Position numbers and translations under genes: made by a program. Below the pieces are notes generated by a model. That model was given only the letters and a program-made list of their open reading frames with translations. It was not told the origin of the DNA and did no database searches. From Gammaproteobacteria bacterium (lineage in GTDB: Bacteria > Pseudomonadota > Gammaproteobacteria > JBCCGL01), in the NCBI GenBank assembly GCA_965277715.1, contig OZ255836.1, forward strand, positions 128,001 through 192,000: DNA of 64,000 nt, read 5' to 3'. Positions 51,216 to 61,819 of this stretch are shown here, in pieces; position 1 is the stretch's first letter; the number at the start of each line of letters is the position of its first letter.

Positions 51216-52352
51216 CTATCCAACAACAAATTCAGGATTGTGGTCGATAAGGAAGTCGCAAACGGGCATTACGCGAATCCCATCCTTTGTGGACCACTTG
51301 CGTTCGAGGTGGTGAACTATTTGTATGGCATCAATGCTTGTAAAGCCATTGGCGAAATGTGCCAATGAGCGGCTGATATCGGTATCGCTCAATTTAACCT
51401 CTACTAACTGTTTCGGTTGCCTATCCACCAAGGTTAGAAAATCAACTTCTCGGCCTTGCTTATCGCGCACGTAGCGCAAGTCGGCATCTACGCCTTCGGT
51501 GTTGAGCAAAAAGTCCATCTCCGCACGCAAGCCGCATGCTACCGCGTTTTCCAACCGTAGGCCCTCTTTCGCTGGCAACGCGCCGCAGTCGTAAAAGTAA
51601 TACTTAGGCATTTTCAAAATCGCCCTGGCGATATTGCGGTGATAGGGGTAGACGGGAAACACGACATACAAGCTTTCCAATATCGATAGCCAATGCTTAA
51701 TGGTATGTGACGATACCTGTAAGTCATTGGCTAAGCTGGTGTAAGAAAGCGGGGAACCGACTCGTTCGCCGAGTAACTCCACCAGAATCTCGATGGATTT
51801 AATGTCGCGCACTCGCTCCAGGTCGAGCAAGTCTTCGCGCAAAATCCTCTCCAAATGGGATTTGCGCCAACGCCTGGCGAACCGTTCCTCACCCTTTAAC
51901 AAGGGTTCGGGAAAGCCACCAAACCGGAGAATAGAGGATAACGCTTCTTTCGCTGGCGCTTGCTCGCGCAGTTCCTTAACTGTAACGGGGTGTAATTGGT
52001 AGGAATGATGGCGTCCAGCTAGGGAATCACCGCCTTTTTTATAGGTATCCATTCTCGCTGAACCTGTTACCAGCAACCCAGGTGGAATGCTCTCAGTATC
52101 GAAAACACCTTTTAACCAACGCTTCCAGCCCTTTATCTTGTGCAATTCATCAAAAATGACTAACTCACTCTGTCTATCCCACATAGTGGCCAGCATTCGC
52201 TGGTGCTCAGCCTGTTTATCGGCGTTCAGATAATCGTGGTTAGCGAATAATTGCAGGGATAAAGTAGTCTTTCCCACCTGGCGCGGGCCGGACAGCAAAA
52301 CCAATTTGTCTTTGAGGTCGTCTTTGATAGGCTCTTCTAGTAGGCGATTCAT
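51216..52352 (-). CDS. AAA+ ATPase (AAA_14 with DUF4143-type C-terminus)
   Basis: GPRQVGKTT, IFDELHK, TGSA, SLAGR, GGFPE, EVDF..VEVK. Confidence 0.88.
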   Translation of the reverse strand: MNRLLEEPIKDDLKDKLVLLSGPRQVGKTTLSLQLFANHDYLNADKQAEHQRMLATMWDRQSELVIFDELHKIKGWKRWLKGVFDTESIPPGLLVTGSARMDTYKKGGDSLAGRHHSYQLHPVTVKELREQAPAKEALSSILRFGGFPEPLLKGEERFARRWRKSHLERILREDLLDLERVRDIKSIEILVELLGERVGSPLSYTSLANDLQVSSHTIKHWLSILESLYVVFPVYPYHRNIARAILKMPKYYFYDCGALPAKEGLRLENAVACGLRAEMDFLLNTEGVDADLRYVRDKQGREVDFLTLVDRQPKQLVEVKLSDTDISRSLAHFANGFTSIDAIQIVHHLERKWSTKDGIRVMPVCDFLIDHNPEFVVG

Positions 52353-52357
52353 GCTTA

Positions 52358-52418
52358 ACTATTTTGAAGTGTACTTCAAAATAGTCAAGACTTTTTTGAA
52401 GTTCACTTCAAAAAAGTC
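52358..52418. promoter_or_regulatory. Twin perfect palindromes upstream of the ATPase
   Basis: ACTATTTTGAAGT-gt-ACTTCAAAATAGT and GACTTTTTTGAAGT-tc-ACTTCAAAAAAGTC. Confidence 0.65.
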
Positions 52419-52561
52419 ATTTTATATTACTGTAATTCGAATATGTGGCTGGAATTTCTCGATGACGAAAATAGACAATAAAAGCGCTAGAATAGACACC
52501 CTTTCCACAGCCCTATGGCACAAATTTGCGCGGTAGTTCAACCGTTGGAGTTATCCTTATT

Positions 52562-53707
52562 ATGCCTTCGCTATTCAGCACCGCCGATTACCAGCGATTA
52601 TCCCAAGGGTTTGATTTCGATAGGCCCGCACGTTCACATTCGATCCACGCTGACTGCTACCGCCAACCAAAGTTTTTGCGCGTTGAGCAAGCGCAAGTAT
52701 TTCACAAAAGCTGGCAGTTTCTCTGCCACGAAGAAAAGTTGCGCGAACCCGGCAGTTACGTTGCGGCTGATGTCCAGGGGCAAAGCATTTTCGCCTGCCG
52801 CGATGGCAGCAGTGAGCTGCGCGCCTTTTACAACGTGTGTAAACACCGTGGCCACGAGTTGTTGTTTGGCGAGGGCGTTGCCAAGTCCATTATCTGCCCC
52901 TACCACGCTTGGGTTTACAGCTTGGGCGGCCAGCTAATCAATGTGCGCCGCGAAGAATACATCGAAAACTTTGACAAGAAAGACGTTTGCCTCGACGCGG
53001 TTAGAGTGGAGGTTTTCTGCCACCTCGTGTTTGTCAATCTCGATCCTCAGGCGATGCCCCTTGCCGAACAGTCCGGTGAGTTAGCCAACGAAATAATGTC
53101 CTATGCGCCTGACCTCGCCGGGCTGACCTTCGCCCACCGGTTAACCTACAACATCAAAGCGAATTGGAAATCGGTGGTGGACAACTTTCTCGAGTGTTAC
53201 CACTGTCCAGTGGCGCACAAAGACTTTTGCAGCCTGGTGGAAATGGATACCTACAAAGTCAAGACCCACGGCATCTATTCCAGCCATATGGCCAAGGCGG
53301 GGCGCGGCGATAATAATGCCTATTCGGTGGGTGACGCCAGTGTGACGGATCATGCCGTTTGGTTTTTGTGGCCCAACATTACACTGATGCGCTACCCCGG
53401 TCGCGGCAACTTCATGGTTTGGCGGTTTTACCCCGACGGCCCGGAAAGTACTTACGAAGTGTTCGATTTTTTTCTGGCGTCAGCCGAACCCAACGAGGCT
53501 GAGGTCGAAGCGATAAAATTTATTGATGAAGTGTTGCAGCCCGAAGATATCGGCCTGGTAGAGAGCGTCCAGCGCGGCATGCAAACGCCAGCGTTTAACC
53601 GTGGGCGCTATATGGTCGATCCTGCCGGTAGCGGGTTGAGCGAACACGCAGTGCATCACTTCCATAAATTACTACTCAAAGCCTATCAATCTGGAGTGAC
53701 CGAATGA
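52562..53707 (+). CDS. Rieske non-heme iron oxygenase alpha subunit (choline/carnitine monooxygenase-like)
   Basis: CKHRG and CPYHAW Rieske ligands; NWKSVVDNFLECYHCPVAH; start probably MPSLF. Confidence 0.88.
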   Translation: MPSLFSTADYQRLSQGFDFDRPARSHSIHADCYRQPKFLRVEQAQVFHKSWQFLCHEEKLREPGSYVAADVQGQSIFACRDGSSELRAFYNVCKHRGHELLFGEGVAKSIICPYHAWVYSLGGQLINVRREEYIENFDKKDVCLDAVRVEVFCHLVFVNLDPQAMPLAEQSGELANEIMSYAPDLAGLTFAHRLTYNIKANWKSVVDNFLECYHCPVAHKDFCSLVEMDTYKVKTHGIYSSHMAKAGRGDNNAYSVGDASVTDHAVWFLWPNITLMRYPGRGNFMVWRFYPDGPESTYEVFDFFLASAEPNEAEVEAIKFIDEVLQPEDIGLVESVQRGMQTPAFNRGRYMVDPAGSGLSEHAVHHFHKLLLKAYQSGVTE

Positions 53708-54474
53708 ATACCCCTAGTGCGGTGCGTGAGAATTATTTACAGGGCAAGACCGCGTATGTCACTGGTGGCATTGGACAGGCGATTTGCGCCCGGTTCGCTC
53801 GCGAAGGTGCGCGGGTGTACGCCGCCGACCTCGCCGAATCGCATTCGCTGGCGGATGGTGTAACATTTATCCGTCAGGACGTCACTAGCGAAGAGGACGC
53901 GATAGCGGCGATGGAATGCATCAATGACGATGTCGGCCAGTTGGATATTCTGGTTAACGCCGCCGGGATCGAGATCGAAACGACTATCGAAGACACCACG
54001 TTGGCGGAGTGGAACCGCATATTCGCCATCAACGTTACCGGCACGTTTCTCACCGCAAAATATGCCCTGCCGCTGATGCGCAAAGCGGACGCCGGTTCGA
54101 TCATCAACTTCGGCTCCTACGATGGCTTTATCGCCGACCCATCGCTAGCGGCCTACTGTGCGACCAAGGGCGCAGTGCACGCGCTGACCCGCGCCATGGC
54201 CTGCGACTACGGGCCAGAAGGTATTCGCGTCAATGCCATCTGCCCAGGCTATGTCGATACGCCAATGTTGCAGAGCTTTTTTGGCGGCGCGGGGGATATT
54301 GCAAGCCTCCAACAGGCGGTGCGCGACGTCCACCCGCTGCGCACTTATGGCTCGCCGGAGGATATTGCTAACCTGGTCAACTGGTTAGCGGGCGACGAGG
54401 CGCGCTACGCCTCCGGGCAGTTGTGGGTGATTGATGGCGGTTTGTCTGCGCAAGTACAACAAATGCGTTTGTAA
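53704..54474 (+). CDS. SDR-family oxidoreductase
   Basis: LVNAAG, YCATK catalytic motif, IRVNAICPG; shortened Gly motif. Confidence 0.85.
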   Translation: MNTPSAVRENYLQGKTAYVTGGIGQAICARFAREGARVYAADLAESHSLADGVTFIRQDVTSEEDAIAAMECINDDVGQLDILVNAAGIEIETTIEDTTLAEWNRIFAINVTGTFLTAKYALPLMRKADAGSIINFGSYDGFIADPSLAAYCATKGAVHALTRAMACDYGPEGIRVNAICPGYVDTPMLQSFFGGAGDIASLQQAVRDVHPLRTYGSPEDIANLVNWLAGDEARYASGQLWVIDGGLSAQVQQMRL

Positions 54475-54588
54475 GCTGGAAAACTGTTATGGCTAAGCCC
54501 GTCAGCGCCCGGCACTAAAAGGCATCGATAACGTCAATATTTGAGGTGAAGTAATGCAAACCAAACAACTAATCCCTGGGAACCGCCC

Positions 54589-55353
54589 GTGAGCCGCCTG
54601 CATGGCAAGGCCGCCATCGTAACGGGTGGCGGCAGCGGCATCGGGCGCGCCATTGTCGAACGGTTCGTCGCCGAAGGTGCGCACGTGTTGACCTGTGGCA
54701 GGCGTGATGAGCCGACGGATCTACCTGGGGGAGTGCAGTGGCTGAGCGCCGATGTTTCCTGTACGACCGATGTCAGGGCCTTGGTACAAACCGCTCGCGA
54801 TGACTTTGGTCGCCTGGATATTCTGGTTAACAACGCTGGGGTGCAAATCGAAAAGACTGTGCTGGAAACCACCGATGAAGATTGGGAATTGCTGATGGGT
54901 GCCAACGCTAAAGGCGTATTCTTGTGCTGCCGTGAAGCCATGCCGCTGATGATCGAAAACGGTGGTGGTGCGATCATCAACATCGGTTCGATAGCGGGCA
55001 ATATTGCCGATATTGGCTTAGCGATTTACAACGGCTCGAAAGCCTTCGTCCACGGCTTAACCCGTTCAATCGCCACCGATCACGGTAAACAGGGAATCCG
55101 TTGTAACGCTATCTGCCCTGGCTGGATCATGACCGAGATGGCCGACGCCGCCTTCGCTGCAGCTAACGACCCCGAGGCGGCCATGCGAGATGCGTTAGCG
55201 CGGCACGCCTGTGATCGTTTCGGCCAACCAGGCGATATCGCCAATATGGCGACATGGTTGGCCAGTGACGAATCGCGGTTCGCCAACGGCCAAGAATTTA
55301 CCGTCGATGGTGGGCTTACCGCCGCCTCGCCACTCAATCCGGGATTATTTTGA
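54589..55353 (+). CDS. SDR-family oxidoreductase
   Basis: TGGGSGIG, NNAG, YNGSK. Confidence 0.9.
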   Translation: MSRLHGKAAIVTGGGSGIGRAIVERFVAEGAHVLTCGRRDEPTDLPGGVQWLSADVSCTTDVRALVQTARDDFGRLDILVNNAGVQIEKTVLETTDEDWELLMGANAKGVFLCCREAMPLMIENGGGAIINIGSIAGNIADIGLAIYNGSKAFVHGLTRSIATDHGKQGIRCNAICPGWIMTEMADAAFAAANDPEAAMRDALARHACDRFGQPGDIANMATWLASDESRFANGQEFTVDGGLTAASPLNPGLF

Positions 55354-55562
55354 TGGGGTGATATTACTACCGTGGGGTAATCGGTACGGGCGTTATACGC
55401 CGAGATCAAACCACACCTGGATACCGGCGTGGTCGTGGCGTCATCCGCGCCTGGCCTAATGGTGAGCGAAATGCAGCAGGGCTGGCGCGCTCCATCGCGC
55501 TTCCTTCTGGCACTATTTGACAGTAGCTGGTACATACTTTACCAATCGCGTACTATCGCGCC

Positions 55563-56459
55563 ATGCAAATCGCTAACCCAATCTACGATGTAGTATTTAA
55601 ATATTTGATGGCCGATGAGCGTGCCGCCAAACTGATTATTAGCGAAATCATCGGCATGGACGTGGTTGACATCGCGCTGCAACCGCAAGAGCGATTGGCC
55701 AATCTGCCTGAAAAAAATCTCACTGTTTATCGTCTCGGTTTTTCTGCCAGGATTAAAACCAACGATGGACAATTCAAACAAGTCATCATAGAAATTCAAA
55801 AAGCCAAATATTCCAGCGATATCATGCGCTTTCGACGCTACCTTGAGCAGCAATATAGCGATGAAAAGAATGCCCACGAAACCACTTCGGCTACGGGGTT
55901 TAGCACATTTCAGGCGCTACCTATTATTACCATTTACTTTTTGGGCCATACACTCAACCACTGCACGGCCTCCGCTATCAAAGTAGGCCGGGTGTATACC
56001 GATATTATTACTGGTGAAACACTGACGCAAAAAGAACCTTTTATCGAAAGCCTCACTCACGACAGTTATGTCGTGCAAATCCCCTACCTGAAGGCGCAAC
56101 GCCGTAACGACCTGGAAAAGCTGTTGACCATTTTCGACCAGGATCTACAAGTGCATGACAAACACAGGTTAGCGATTGACGAAAAGACATTTCCGCAGAA
56201 ATACCGCCTATTGATCAGGCGTTTGCAGGCAGCGATTAGCGAACCAGAGATTATCGATACCATGCAAATTGAAGACGAGATACTGCTGGAACTGCAAAAT
56301 AAGGAACGTGAAATCGAAGCAAAAGAGCAACTCGTCGAGGCACAAAGCAAAGCGCTTGAAGAGAAAGACCAAGTAATTGAGGGAAAAGACCAAGCACTTA
56401 AAGATAAAGACAAATTGATCGATGAGTTAAAAAATAAACTTAACCGGCTATCTGAATAA
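55563..56459 (+). CDS. Rpn/PD-(D/E)XK-like nuclease with C-terminal coiled coil
   Basis: NPIYDVVFKYLM, VIIEIQK, RFRRYL; KDQ heptad repeats. Confidence 0.65.
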   Translation: MQIANPIYDVVFKYLMADERAAKLIISEIIGMDVVDIALQPQERLANLPEKNLTVYRLGFSARIKTNDGQFKQVIIEIQKAKYSSDIMRFRRYLEQQYSDEKNAHETTSATGFSTFQALPIITIYFLGHTLNHCTASAIKVGRVYTDIITGETLTQKEPFIESLTHDSYVVQIPYLKAQRRNDLEKLLTIFDQDLQVHDKHRLAIDEKTFPQKYRLLIRRLQAAISEPEIIDTMQIEDEILLELQNKEREIEAKEQLVEAQSKALEEKDQVIEGKDQALKDKDKLIDELKNKLNRLSE

Positions 56460-56534
56460 ATAGGTTTCAAAACCCAATCGATTTCAACGGTGATCTCAGC
56501 AGTTCTCGCCACGATTTAACTGAAGCGTTGAGTT

Positions 56535-57248
56535 TTACGGTATTTTACCCGTTAAAAAATTTCGTATCCACAACGCCCAGGTATCTGCATCAGTCGGCAT
56601 ATCTTGCATACTGCGCTCAGCTTCATCAAGTCGTTGATGGTCAATAGTCTTACGCGTTGCCCTGATAAAATTACGCATTGAATCGATACCCTGTTCCGGG
56701 TGGCCCTGAATGCAAAAAATACGGTCCTCAAAGCACCAGGCGGCGTAGCGACAATTGGGCGCTGTGCCCAGGTGTTTTGCCTCCACGGGTAATGTAGCGA
56801 CTTGATCCTGGTTAAAATAATAGATGTGTGTGTCGGTCAGCGGGGGTGTCATCCACGGCTGGTGATCGATAACGGTGAGCGGGTGCCGACCAATCAGCCA
56901 GCCGGTTTGACTGCGCTCGACGCGGGCGCCGAGGCAGCGGGCGATAAATTGATGGCCAAAGCAAATACCGGCTAACCTTATCTTCTGCTGGATAATTTTA
57001 CCGATCAGTATGGTAAAGCGCGGTGTCCAGTCATATACCAGATTGGCGCTGCACGGGCTGCCAGAAACCAGATAGGCATCGTAACTATCGACGGCAGCGG
57101 GCCAGTCGTCTTTTGTAATACAGTGCACCGTCAGCGTGGCATCAATGCCTGTTTTCTGTAGCATAGCGGCGAATTTGTCGCCATCATTGCGGCCTTCATC
57201 GTCGGCCCAGTGAACTTCGGGTACTACATCGAGAATCGCTATTTTCAT
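56535..57248 (-). CDS. Type 1 glutamine amidotransferase-like protein
   Basis: SGSP, GICFGHQ, QGHPE triad. Confidence 0.88.
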   Translation of the reverse strand: MKIAILDVVPEVHWADDEGRNDGDKFAAMLQKTGIDATLTVHCITKDDWPAAVDSYDAYLVSGSPCSANLVYDWTPRFTILIGKIIQQKIRLAGICFGHQFIARCLGARVERSQTGWLIGRHPLTVIDHQPWMTPPLTDTHIYYFNQDQVATLPVEAKHLGTAPNCRYAAWCFEDRIFCIQGHPEQGIDSMRNFIRATRKTIDHQRLDEAERSMQDMPTDADTWALWIRNFLTGKIP

Positions 57249-57263
57249 CTTTAGAGCAACCTT

Positions 57264-57824
57264 ATGAATAGTCAGTCATTGATCGAACGCCTTGAGGGCT
57301 ACCGACAGCGATACCCACAGCAAACAGAAATGGTGGATGATTTTATCGACTTTCTGCAGAGAAACCAGCACGACAGCTTTAAGCGTGAATTACAAGAGGG
57401 GCATGTTACGGCGTCCTGTTGGTTGCTGGATACAACGCAATCGCATGTTTTGCTAACCCACCACAAGAAACTAAACCGATGGCTTCAATTGGGTGGGCAC
57501 GCCGATGGTGAAGCCGATGTGCAAAAGGTGGCGCTAACCGAGGCCAGGGAGGAGTCGTCAATAGCCAGGTTGCAACTATTACTCGATGGTGAAATCTTCG
57601 ACATTGATAAACACCGCATTCCCGCCAGAAAAAACGAACCCGCACACGTTCACTATGATTTTCGCTTTGTCCTGCGTGCAGTAGCGAGCGACAGCTTTGT
57701 GGTCAGCGATGAATCACACGATCTGCAATGGGTGGCGATTGATCGGCTCGACGAATATACCAACGATGAATCGGTATTGCGCATGGGGCAAAAGTGGCTA
57801 CAGCAGGTGGCTACTGTTGAATAA
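57264..57824 (+). CDS. NUDIX hydrolase
   Basis: GHVTAS, WLQLGGHADGE...EAREES, HYDFRF. Confidence 0.88.
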   Translation: MNSQSLIERLEGYRQRYPQQTEMVDDFIDFLQRNQHDSFKRELQEGHVTASCWLLDTTQSHVLLTHHKKLNRWLQLGGHADGEADVQKVALTEAREESSIARLQLLLDGEIFDIDKHRIPARKNEPAHVHYDFRFVLRAVASDSFVVSDESHDLQWVAIDRLDEYTNDESVLRMGQKWLQQVATVE

Positions 57825-58143
57825 CATCCAGTAGCGCGCGTATCCATTCGCCGATGATCGGCAGAAACTCAAATTGCCCTAAAATATAGACCAACACCGA
57901 TACAACAAATGTCGCGCCAACCACACTGCCCAGGCCAAATGCGATGCCTTTTAGGAACATAAAGAACAACAATGAGGGTAGTGCGTTGTAAACGCGAATC
58001 AATCGGTGCGTGTTTAACTGAGCCAACTCATCGCCAATAAGGCGTATTTCACGGTGTATTTCGTCGATTCGGTCTCGTGTATTGATTGGTTTCATCTTGC
58101 CTGTTTTTGCCTTTTTACAAATGCCCTCTATGTTACCCTGCAA
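57811..58143 (-). CDS. Small membrane protein (DUF5665-like)
   Basis: FLKGIAFGLGSVVGAT, LPIIGEW. Confidence 0.6.
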   Translation of the reverse strand: MQGNIEGICKKAKTGKMKPINTRDRIDEIHREIRLIGDELAQLNTHRLIRVYNALPSLLFFMFLKGIAFGLGSVVGATFVVSVLVYILGQFEFLPIIGEWIRALLDVIQQ

Positions 58144-58237
58144 CCGATTGTTAGGTTAATGTCGTTGGCAAAGAGAACATGTTGCTTTTATTTTTGTCCG
58201 AAACGGTTAATTGAGGATTATCGAAATGGGCCAATCG

Positions 58238-60259
58238 ATGACGAAAAATACCCGAAAAATACCATCACCACTATCACTTAAACACTGGCGTCTGACTATC
58301 GATACTGCCGGGATATTCTGGCTGTACTGCGATTGTGCCGAGGAAACAACCAACACTCTGGGCAATGCAGTGATGCTGGAACTGGAGCGGGTTGTCGATC
58401 TGGCCTATTCGCACCCAGCCAAGGGGATGGTGTTTTTATCGGCCAGGGAAAACGGTTTTATCGCCGGTGCTGATATCCGTGAGTTCGACGGGGTTGATGT
58501 TGAGCAGGTCGCTGAGGTGATTCGCCAGGGGCACGCTATTTTTGACAAAATCGAACAGTTGCCCTGTCCCACTGTCGCCGCTATTCATGGTTTTTGCCTG
58601 GGGGGTGGTTTAGAGCTGGCACTGTGCTGTGACTACCGTATCGCCCGTGATATACCCTCGACTAAGATAGGTTTACCGGAAGTGAAGATTGGTATTTACC
58701 CTGGCTTGGGTGGCTCAGTGCGATTGACTGAACGGGTCGGTGGTTTAAAGGGAATGGAATTGATGTTAACCGGCAGAGCACTCGGCGCGGGGGCAGCCCG
58801 TGTGGTTGGCGTGGTTGATGAGCTGGTGGGCCAACACGCTGAACTGTATTGGCATGCACGCCGCGCCGTATTGCAAAAGCGCCGTGCTAAGGCGCCGGGC
58901 CTGCTGGCGCGCTTGAGCAATACATGGTTGCTGCGGCCTTTTTTAGCCCGTATTTTTTACCGGCAAACGGTAAAAAAAGCTAACCCGGATCACTACCCGG
59001 CACCGTTTGCATTGATCGATGCGTGGCGGGCGTTTCGTGGTGATCGTGCGCGGTTATTTCAGGCGGAGGTTGAACAGGTCAGCCAGTTGATTGTGGGGGA
59101 AACGGCGGTCAACCTGCGCCGCGTATTCCGCTTGATGGAAAATCTTAAGGGTCTGGCCAAAAAAGAAGCGGTCAAGGTTCGCCGGGTGCACGTTATTGGT
59201 GCCGGGGTTATGGGGGGCGATATTGCCGCTGTGTGCGCGGCACGCGGTATGCAGGTGACCTTGCAGGATCGGGAGATGCAGTATATTCAGCCCGCACTGG
59301 ATCGCGCTAAAACCACGTTTAAAAAAATCCTGAAAAAACCACTGGCTGTTAAAGCTGCGCTAACCCGGCTGAGCGCTGATGTCGATGGTGCAGGTGTCGC
59401 CTGTGCCGATGTGGTTATCGAGGCCATTTTTGAAGATGTTGAAGCGAAAAAAGCGCTGTTTCAAACACTCGAACCCAACATGAAGGCGGGCGCACTGCTG
59501 GCGAGTAATACTTCGGCGATTCCGCTGGAGGCGTTATCTAAGGTTTTACAGCACCCGGAACGCCTGATTGGCCTGCACTTTTTTAATCCGGTGGCAAAAA
59601 TGCCATTGGTGGAAGTGGTGCAAAGCGCAAACGTCGACCACCGGGAAATTGCCAGAGGGTGTGCTTTTTGTGCACAGATTGGCAAGCTGCCGCTGCCGGT
59701 AAAAAGCAGCCCGGGTTTTTTGGTTAACCGAGTGTTGGCACCGTATATGATGAAAGCGCTATCGCTGCACCTTGAGGGTCGTTCAAAATCGTTGCTCGAT
59801 GCCGCCGCTACCGGCTTTGGTATGCCGATGGGGCCTATCGAGTTGGCTGATACAGTTGGCCTTGATGTGTGTTTGAAAGTCGCCGAAACCCTGGTCGCTG
59901 AAACTCTGGTCGCTGGCACGCAGGATGATGGAGTGGCTGGTGCGGCTACGCTTGAAAAAGAGCGCGCTATGCTGGAGAAACTGATCGCCGCTGGCCATCT
60001 TGGCAAGAAAACCGGCAAGGGTTTATATCTATGGGAGAAGGGCAAGCCCATCCGTACTGGAAGCACCATTGTTTACGATCAACATCTACAAGCCCTGGCC
60101 GGGCGGTTGTTGCAGCCGTTTTTCGACGAGTGCCGGGCCTGCCTCGCCGATGGTATTGTCGGGGATGCCGATTTGCTGGACGCCGGGATTATTTTTGGTA
60201 CTGGTTTTGCGCCGTTCCGTGGTGGTCCGATGCAGTATCTGGCCAGTGAAGCGACTTAA
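58238..60259 (+). CDS. Fatty acid oxidation multifunctional enoyl-CoA hydratase / 3-hydroxyacyl-CoA dehydrogenase (FadJ/FadB-like)
   Basis: FIAGADI, GGGLELAL, GLPEV, IGAGVMG, ASNTS, HFFNPV. Confidence 0.9.
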   Translation: MTKNTRKIPSPLSLKHWRLTIDTAGIFWLYCDCAEETTNTLGNAVMLELERVVDLAYSHPAKGMVFLSARENGFIAGADIREFDGVDVEQVAEVIRQGHAIFDKIEQLPCPTVAAIHGFCLGGGLELALCCDYRIARDIPSTKIGLPEVKIGIYPGLGGSVRLTERVGGLKGMELMLTGRALGAGAARVVGVVDELVGQHAELYWHARRAVLQKRRAKAPGLLARLSNTWLLRPFLARIFYRQTVKKANPDHYPAPFALIDAWRAFRGDRARLFQAEVEQVSQLIVGETAVNLRRVFRLMENLKGLAKKEAVKVRRVHVIGAGVMGGDIAAVCAARGMQVTLQDREMQYIQPALDRAKTTFKKILKKPLAVKAALTRLSADVDGAGVACADVVIEAIFEDVEAKKALFQTLEPNMKAGALLASNTSAIPLEALSKVLQHPERLIGLHFFNPVAKMPLVEVVQSANVDHREIARGCAFCAQIGKLPLPVKSSPGFLVNRVLAPYMMKALSLHLEGRSKSLLDAAATGFGMPMGPIELADTVGLDVCLKVAETLVAETLVAGTQDDGVAGAATLEKERAMLEKLIAAGHLGKKTGKGLYLWEKGKPIRTGSTIVYDQHLQALAGRLLQPFFDECRACLADGIVGDADLLDAGIIFGTGFAPFRGGPMQYLASEAT

Positions 60260-60294
60260 GAATATTGTTAGGTTTGGTTAAGCAGGTATAAATT

Positions 60295-61578
60295 ATGGCT
60301 CGAAAAACGATACGCCCTGTCGCTATTATTGGCGGCATTCGCACGCCATTTTGTCGTTCTAATAGCGCGTATTCGGCGTTGACTAATCTGGATATGATGT
60401 CGACGGCAATACAGGCCCTGTCTGAGAAATACGCCCTTAAAGGCGAGCTGATTGACGAGGTGATCGGTGGTGCCGTTATCTCTCATGCCAAAGACTGGAA
60501 CCTCGCCCGCGAGGCCTTACAAAGCACCGACCTATCGCCTTTATCGCCTGCGATTACACTGCAGCAGGCTTGTGGCACCAGCTTGCAGGCGGTATTGACC
60601 AGCGCCGCGAAAATTGCCACCGGGCAGATCGAGTGCGCCGTTGCGGCGGGCAGTGATACCACCAGTGACTCACCCATTGTATTCAGCCGCAAATTTGCCC
60701 AGCGTTTGATCGACCTGGGTCGGGCGCGTGATATAAAATCCAAACTGGCTGTGTTTAAAGGCTTTCGTTTGCGTGAGCTGGCACCTCAGCCACCCGCGAT
60801 TAACGAACCGCGCACATTGTTGAGTATGGGGCAGCATTGCGAGCTGATGGCGCAGGCGTGGGGTATCGACCGCGCCGCGCAGGATCGGCTTGCCGTCGCC
60901 AGCCACCACAAGGCGGCGGCGGCGTATACCGAAGGTTTTTTTGACGATTTACTTACACCCTGTGCAGGGATTTTGCGCGATAACAATGTGCGTGCAGAAA
61001 CCAGTACAGCGCAAATGGCCGGTTTGCGCACTGTATTTGATAAGAGTGATGCGGCGACGTTAACCGCCGGGAACAGCACCCCCTTAACCGATGGTGCCGC
61101 CAGTGTATTGATCGCCTCTGAGCAATGGGCGAAAAAGCACGATCTGCCGGTGCTCGCCTGGTTGACCCACAGCAAAACCGCTGCAGTCGACTACGTGGCG
61201 GGCGAGGGCTTACTGATGGCGCCCGCTATCGCGGTGAGTGATATGCTGAAGCAAGCCCGGCTGGGCTTTGATGATTTCACCCACTTTGAAATCCATGAAG
61301 CCTTTGCCGCCCAGGTGTTATGCACACTTAAAGCCTGGGAGTCGGAGACATTCTGCCAGCAACGGCTGAAGAGAAAAGTGCCACTGGGGGCTATTGACCC
61401 TGAAAAACTTAATATCAAAGGCAGCAGCCTGGCGGTTGGCCACCCGTTTGCCGCGACGGGTGCGCGCATCGTGGCAACACTGGCGAAAATTCTCGACCAG
61501 GCTGAGTCTGGTCGGGGGTTGATTTCGGTGTGCACAGCGGGTGGGATGGGCTTATCTGCAATACTGGAACGCAATTGA
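60295..61578 (+). CDS. Acetyl-CoA C-acyltransferase (thiolase, FadI-like)
   Basis: QQACGTS, HEAFAAQ, GHPFAATG, CTAGGMG. Confidence 0.92.
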   Translation: MARKTIRPVAIIGGIRTPFCRSNSAYSALTNLDMMSTAIQALSEKYALKGELIDEVIGGAVISHAKDWNLAREALQSTDLSPLSPAITLQQACGTSLQAVLTSAAKIATGQIECAVAAGSDTTSDSPIVFSRKFAQRLIDLGRARDIKSKLAVFKGFRLRELAPQPPAINEPRTLLSMGQHCELMAQAWGIDRAAQDRLAVASHHKAAAAYTEGFFDDLLTPCAGILRDNNVRAETSTAQMAGLRTVFDKSDAATLTAGNSTPLTDGAASVLIASEQWAKKHDLPVLAWLTHSKTAAVDYVAGEGLLMAPAIAVSDMLKQARLGFDDFTHFEIHEAFAAQVLCTLKAWESETFCQQRLKRKVPLGAIDPEKLNIKGSSLAVGHPFAATGARIVATLAKILDQAESGRGLISVCTAGGMGLSAILERN

Positions 61579-61819
61579 AGCAGATGTCGAAAAACGACTG
61601 TATTCGCAAGGTTTTCCGAGCGCTTATAAACACCGGGAAAAAACGCTAAAAAGCGCTATTTTGGCATTGCTGGCAAACGGCAAAAACGGTAGCATTCAGC
61701 CCTTTTTTACCCTCTCTTAATCGAGGGTGTCAGAAAGCGCAGTAGTTTTCCGGCACCTTCTATTGCGTTTTTGAGGGATCTTTTTTCACCCACAGTATGA
61801 AATGCGAGGAAGGCCTGAA

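Noticed and set aside
59878-59915. VAETL-VAETL duplication in the FadJ-like gene
   Set aside because: Short in-frame duplication in a variable loop; no sign of functional significance.
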